A DNA stretch of 64,000 nt from Enoplolaimus lenunculus (lineage: Eukaryota): the NCBI GenBank assembly GCA_030248215.1, contig JASANG010003345.1, forward strand, positions 124,001 through 188,000. Direction: 5' to 3'. The notes below the pieces were generated by a model. It ran no database searches. It saw only the letters and a program-made list of their open reading frames with translations, and was not told where the DNA came from. A program made the position numbers and the translations under genes. Below, one piece after another: positions 60,179 to 64,000 of this stretch. Each line of letters begins with the position of its first letter. Position 1 is the first letter of the stretch.

Positions 60179-63100
60179 GACCTTTGTAACTGAACAAGAA
60201 AATTACGTGCAAAGTGATGGTTATTCAGGATTCACGTTATAACGGGCCAGCGTTGGATCAGACAGTGGTGGGGACTCCCCCAAACTAAAGAGGGGTGCTC
60301 CCAAACTCGCGAGCGAAGCAAGCGGGAAGCCTGACGCATTTTACAACTTCGGTGGTTTTTGTTTCAACCGGTTTATTAGGATGGGGCCCCTTCAGGGGTG
60401 GGGGCTAGATGGGCGCCGGATATTTGGATGTAAAAAATACCGACATGTATTCGAAAAGAAACCTGTATCCTGATTTCCGAAATGCTGTTGTGTTAAAATA
60501 TTTTTGGAATACTTTGGATTGTTTCAACATTAAAATAGCTGAAGTTGACGAAAACAAATTCTGTATTCAAGCCTGAGTTAAAATATTGAAACACATTCCT
60601 GCATAATTCTATGATAATTTAAAATTTTGATTTCTTTAATACATGGCAAAATTAAAAGCATAATTTCTGTTGAGCTTGATATTTATCTATTTATCGATAT
60701 ACTAGTTTTGTATTTTTTAATTTTGTCAAAATTAGCCCGGTGACAAATTTGCATTGAATACGCGCCGTCAATTTTACTAAGTGTATTACCTTTGCAAGAA
60801 ACAAAATCTACATATAAATGATAGGTCGCGTTGCGACTTGCGAGCTTACATACTGGCGTCATTATAAATTCTGATCGCTGTTGGTTTAATAAAACGCAAA
60901 GCTTAACTGAGTATATATGATGCTAATTAGCAAAAGGCTAGCTTGCAAATCAGGCAATCTGTAAATAGCACATTGAATTTCCCACGACACAGAAAGCATG
61001 AGCTCATAACTTTTGAATTCAAGAAGCCACGAAAGCGACTTTCTTTTCATACATCAAAGTACGTTATCAGCGATTTTAATATCTGAAAAATGAACAGCTT
61101 AGTGTGGGGTTAGTGTGCGACAACCCCATACTGCTTAGTGTTCTTTCAAAATCCGGAGGGTTCACGGAAACTGCAGCCTCTCTCCTGAGAGAAAAATCAC
61201 AAAAATGATTCAAAAAGTTTGTTTGTTTCAGAAAAAGTGTCCTTCTACATTTGTGTCGTGAAATTAGCAGTAAAATCAGGTTCGCTAATCCGGTCATCAC
61301 ACGCAAACAACGACGCAATTCAAGTCTGCGCGTCCCTTTTACACAATATGAAAACATTTAGATTTCTGAACTGTTGAAAATACATTTTTAGTTCCGTTCC
61401 GCTGTAAGTAGTCGAGATCAGATCACAAAAAGTGAAAGTATATATTCAAGTCTTATATATTGCTCTACAACAGTGAATGTCACATCAGGATAGAAGACAA
61501 TTCAAATTTTTTTGAACTTTATATAGGATTAACGTGCAGACAAAATATTTCCCGCAATTGCATTAGGGGCAAAACGAGTTAGAAGTTCTCTCAGTTACAA
61601 CGTGAACTTCGCATCAAATACCAAACATACGGCTGCTAAATCGTTTCCGATACAAAATCGCTTAGAAGAACCACACCATCATAATTCAAAAATTCAAATT
61701 TGAATTTCTAGTATCATATGGTATTCAACAGACCAAGTTGGTTGTTACCCTATGGAGAGAGACATTTGAAAATATATAAAATATGATGTTCGCAAGTACC
61801 CGAATATCATATGATATTGAAGAACAAAATGTGACCTACACATGGTAATAGCAGACAAATACAAAATTTTGGATAGATATGGGGTCTATATAAGCAAGTA
61901 GACAAAATGTTACCCAATAGTTAAATGGGCCAAAACACGTCCCAAGCTGCCCTGGTTATAACATGAACACATTAGTTCGCAGTTTTTGCGCATTTCGCGA
62001 CTCATAACAAGTATATATACAATGAAAAATATCTGTGAACACATTAAAATCATATTTGCCCTGTGTAAATTCTCGCTCATTAATTAATTAAAACAACCAC
62101 TTTTACTCGACCAAAAGCCAACCAAAAACATAAAAGCAATAAACGCACAAAATCATAAAACTATATTCTGGACTAGAGCCCACAAATAAAACGTTATCCA
62201 CACAAACAATAGCAAACCTTGATAATACCGCTTCACTAGCATTCCAAACGTGTCTGAAAATTACAGTTCTATTGGTAATCCTGAAATTTACGCATTGGTG
62301 CTGCAGTCACTGGTAAAGTGCAGAGAGGTGGCCGCTGAAACATAAACATTCGGCATAGCATAGAATGAAAATTTTATGAATGGCGAGTGCACTGATCGAG
62401 AAATATTTTTGACTCTACAGCCAAAACTTAACTTTTTAACAACATTTATTGTCGACAGGCGTCATCTCGCAACTTATGGAGTTGCACTGCACCATGCGAT
62501 CTTCTCATCTACAATCATAGTCTTCTGCAATTTGAATTACCTTAAATTATAGCCAAGTAGCATAGAAAATTAATTTCAGTAACACATTAGGCTAATTTGC
62601 ACTGGAACAATTGAATTTCGTAACATAACAGCAAAACCTGAATATAAAATACAATGACTAAAAGCACAATCAGGCCAAGTAAAGCGAACAATTAAATATA
62701 ATAACATATTTTACCAACAGCAGCAATAAGTGTATTGACATAAACGCGGAATGTATATATGTTTTCCGTTAACACATGAATATACATTTCGGTATTTCTT
62801 TAGACTTTGAGCTATACGTTCAATTTTAAAGTAGCAACAGCTAGAAGTGATATCAGTGCATTTGTGAAATTTAGTACACTTTAGTCAAAGCATTTTCTTT
62901 CATATACCTAAGGTCGTAGATAAGGGGTAGTGCTTAGAAGTTAACCCCATCCCTTTGGGATATTATCCCGCAATTTTTAAAAACGTTTCCGTCAGTAACA
63001 CACAACAGACCTTCAAAATTTTCATAAAATATCACCCCCTGCTTGTTTCGAAACCGTAGCTATTTGAACACATGAACCTGTATACCAAAGTAAAACTATC

Positions 63101-64000
63101 TGAGCTTAAAACAAACGTATTTTTTGTTTAAAAATATTTATATATTTCGCGAAACATACTGAACACAGAAGAAAAATCTAAATAATTTAATTGTTTCAGA
63201 AAACAAATTTTAACTTGATATTTTGCGTTAATTCAAATAAACACCTGAGCGTAAACCGAGACCAAACAGTTTTTACCTTTGGCTCCAACAATTAAGTAAT
63301 AAAGTCTAAATGTACACATACAAATACACGACGGATGGATAAACAAATTAGCAGCGAACAAAGCACAACCAGGACTCCGGAATGGACTTTCAATGAGATA
63401 TCACAAAAACGCCGTTATAGTAATAAACATATATTAAAACACACATTAACTTTTCATCGAGCACAAATAGAAACAAAACAGAAAATGCGGACGCAAACGA
63501 CGAAAGTACAGAATCCCTTAATTCCTGGCAATTAACTGAAAAGTGGCGTTTCCGTTAGATCAAGACGAGTTGAGTTGAACAGCACAACTTTTATGGCTAC
63601 ATATTAGTTAACGGTTCAAAAGTTGTAGCGCACAAAATTCTGGTGCAAACATGCTATTATTTGATCAGGAAGTATTTTCTTGTCATCCACAAATTCGTAA
63701 AACATAAGCTTTACTAGGTTTATTCGTTGCACGAATTTAGTATGCGGTTGCCCGTGTTTCAATATACCGAAGGGTTAAAACGTAAAGAACTATAGCGTTT
63801 GAACCATTGGTCATGCAGTCATAAAAATGGTGGTGCTAAAATAGCGCGTAGAGATCTGCGTTCCTCCGAAGACAACAACAACCGTTGCACCCAGTACAAA
63901 TTAATATCCGTCGGATGGAGGAGACGCAGCCACATCACATTACTGTTAACTCTTTCGAGATTGGCTCACGCGGGTTAACTGAGAAGGCCTGTTTCATTAG

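Noticed and set aside
63935..64000. Minus-strand frame LMKQAFSVNPREPISKELTVM* as the 3' end of a neighbouring gene, with ~62000-63930 as its UTR
   Set aside because: Only 21 codons are visible with no recognisable motif. Plausible, but not supportable without flanking sequence.

Overview
AT-rich, intron- and transposon-rich eukaryotic DNA, almost certainly a nematode: it carries a cuticle collagen and TTAGGC telomere-type repeats. There is no prokaryotic content and no CRISPR array. The window holds a + strand tandem cluster of GT7-family beta-1,4-glycosyltransferase genes (BRE-4/beta4GalNAcT-like). Copy A is an intact first exon (1351-1972) plus a dead terminal exon (~8759-8905), and I could not find its middle exons. 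Copy B has six exons (~12287-22989) with an unresolved start. Copy C is complete, with six exons (38349-46550). A five-exon cuticle collagen follows (54056-59401). The introns and intergenic DNA contain a decayed Ty3/gypsy pol whose own coding linker was amplified into a 16 x 74 bp minisatellite, and a gag-only LTR element with a tRNA-Gln primer site. They also contain several MITE families with visible TIRs and TSDs, including a GG...CC, 8-bp-TSD family carrying telomeric or G-rich repeat cargo, and a probable 1.7 kb false duplication from assembly. The most interesting hypothesis is that the GT7 cluster behaves as a modular system: divergent anchor/stem first exons with the same splice phase, joined to catalytic exons homogenised by gene conversion. 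All calls were made by eye; no searches were run.
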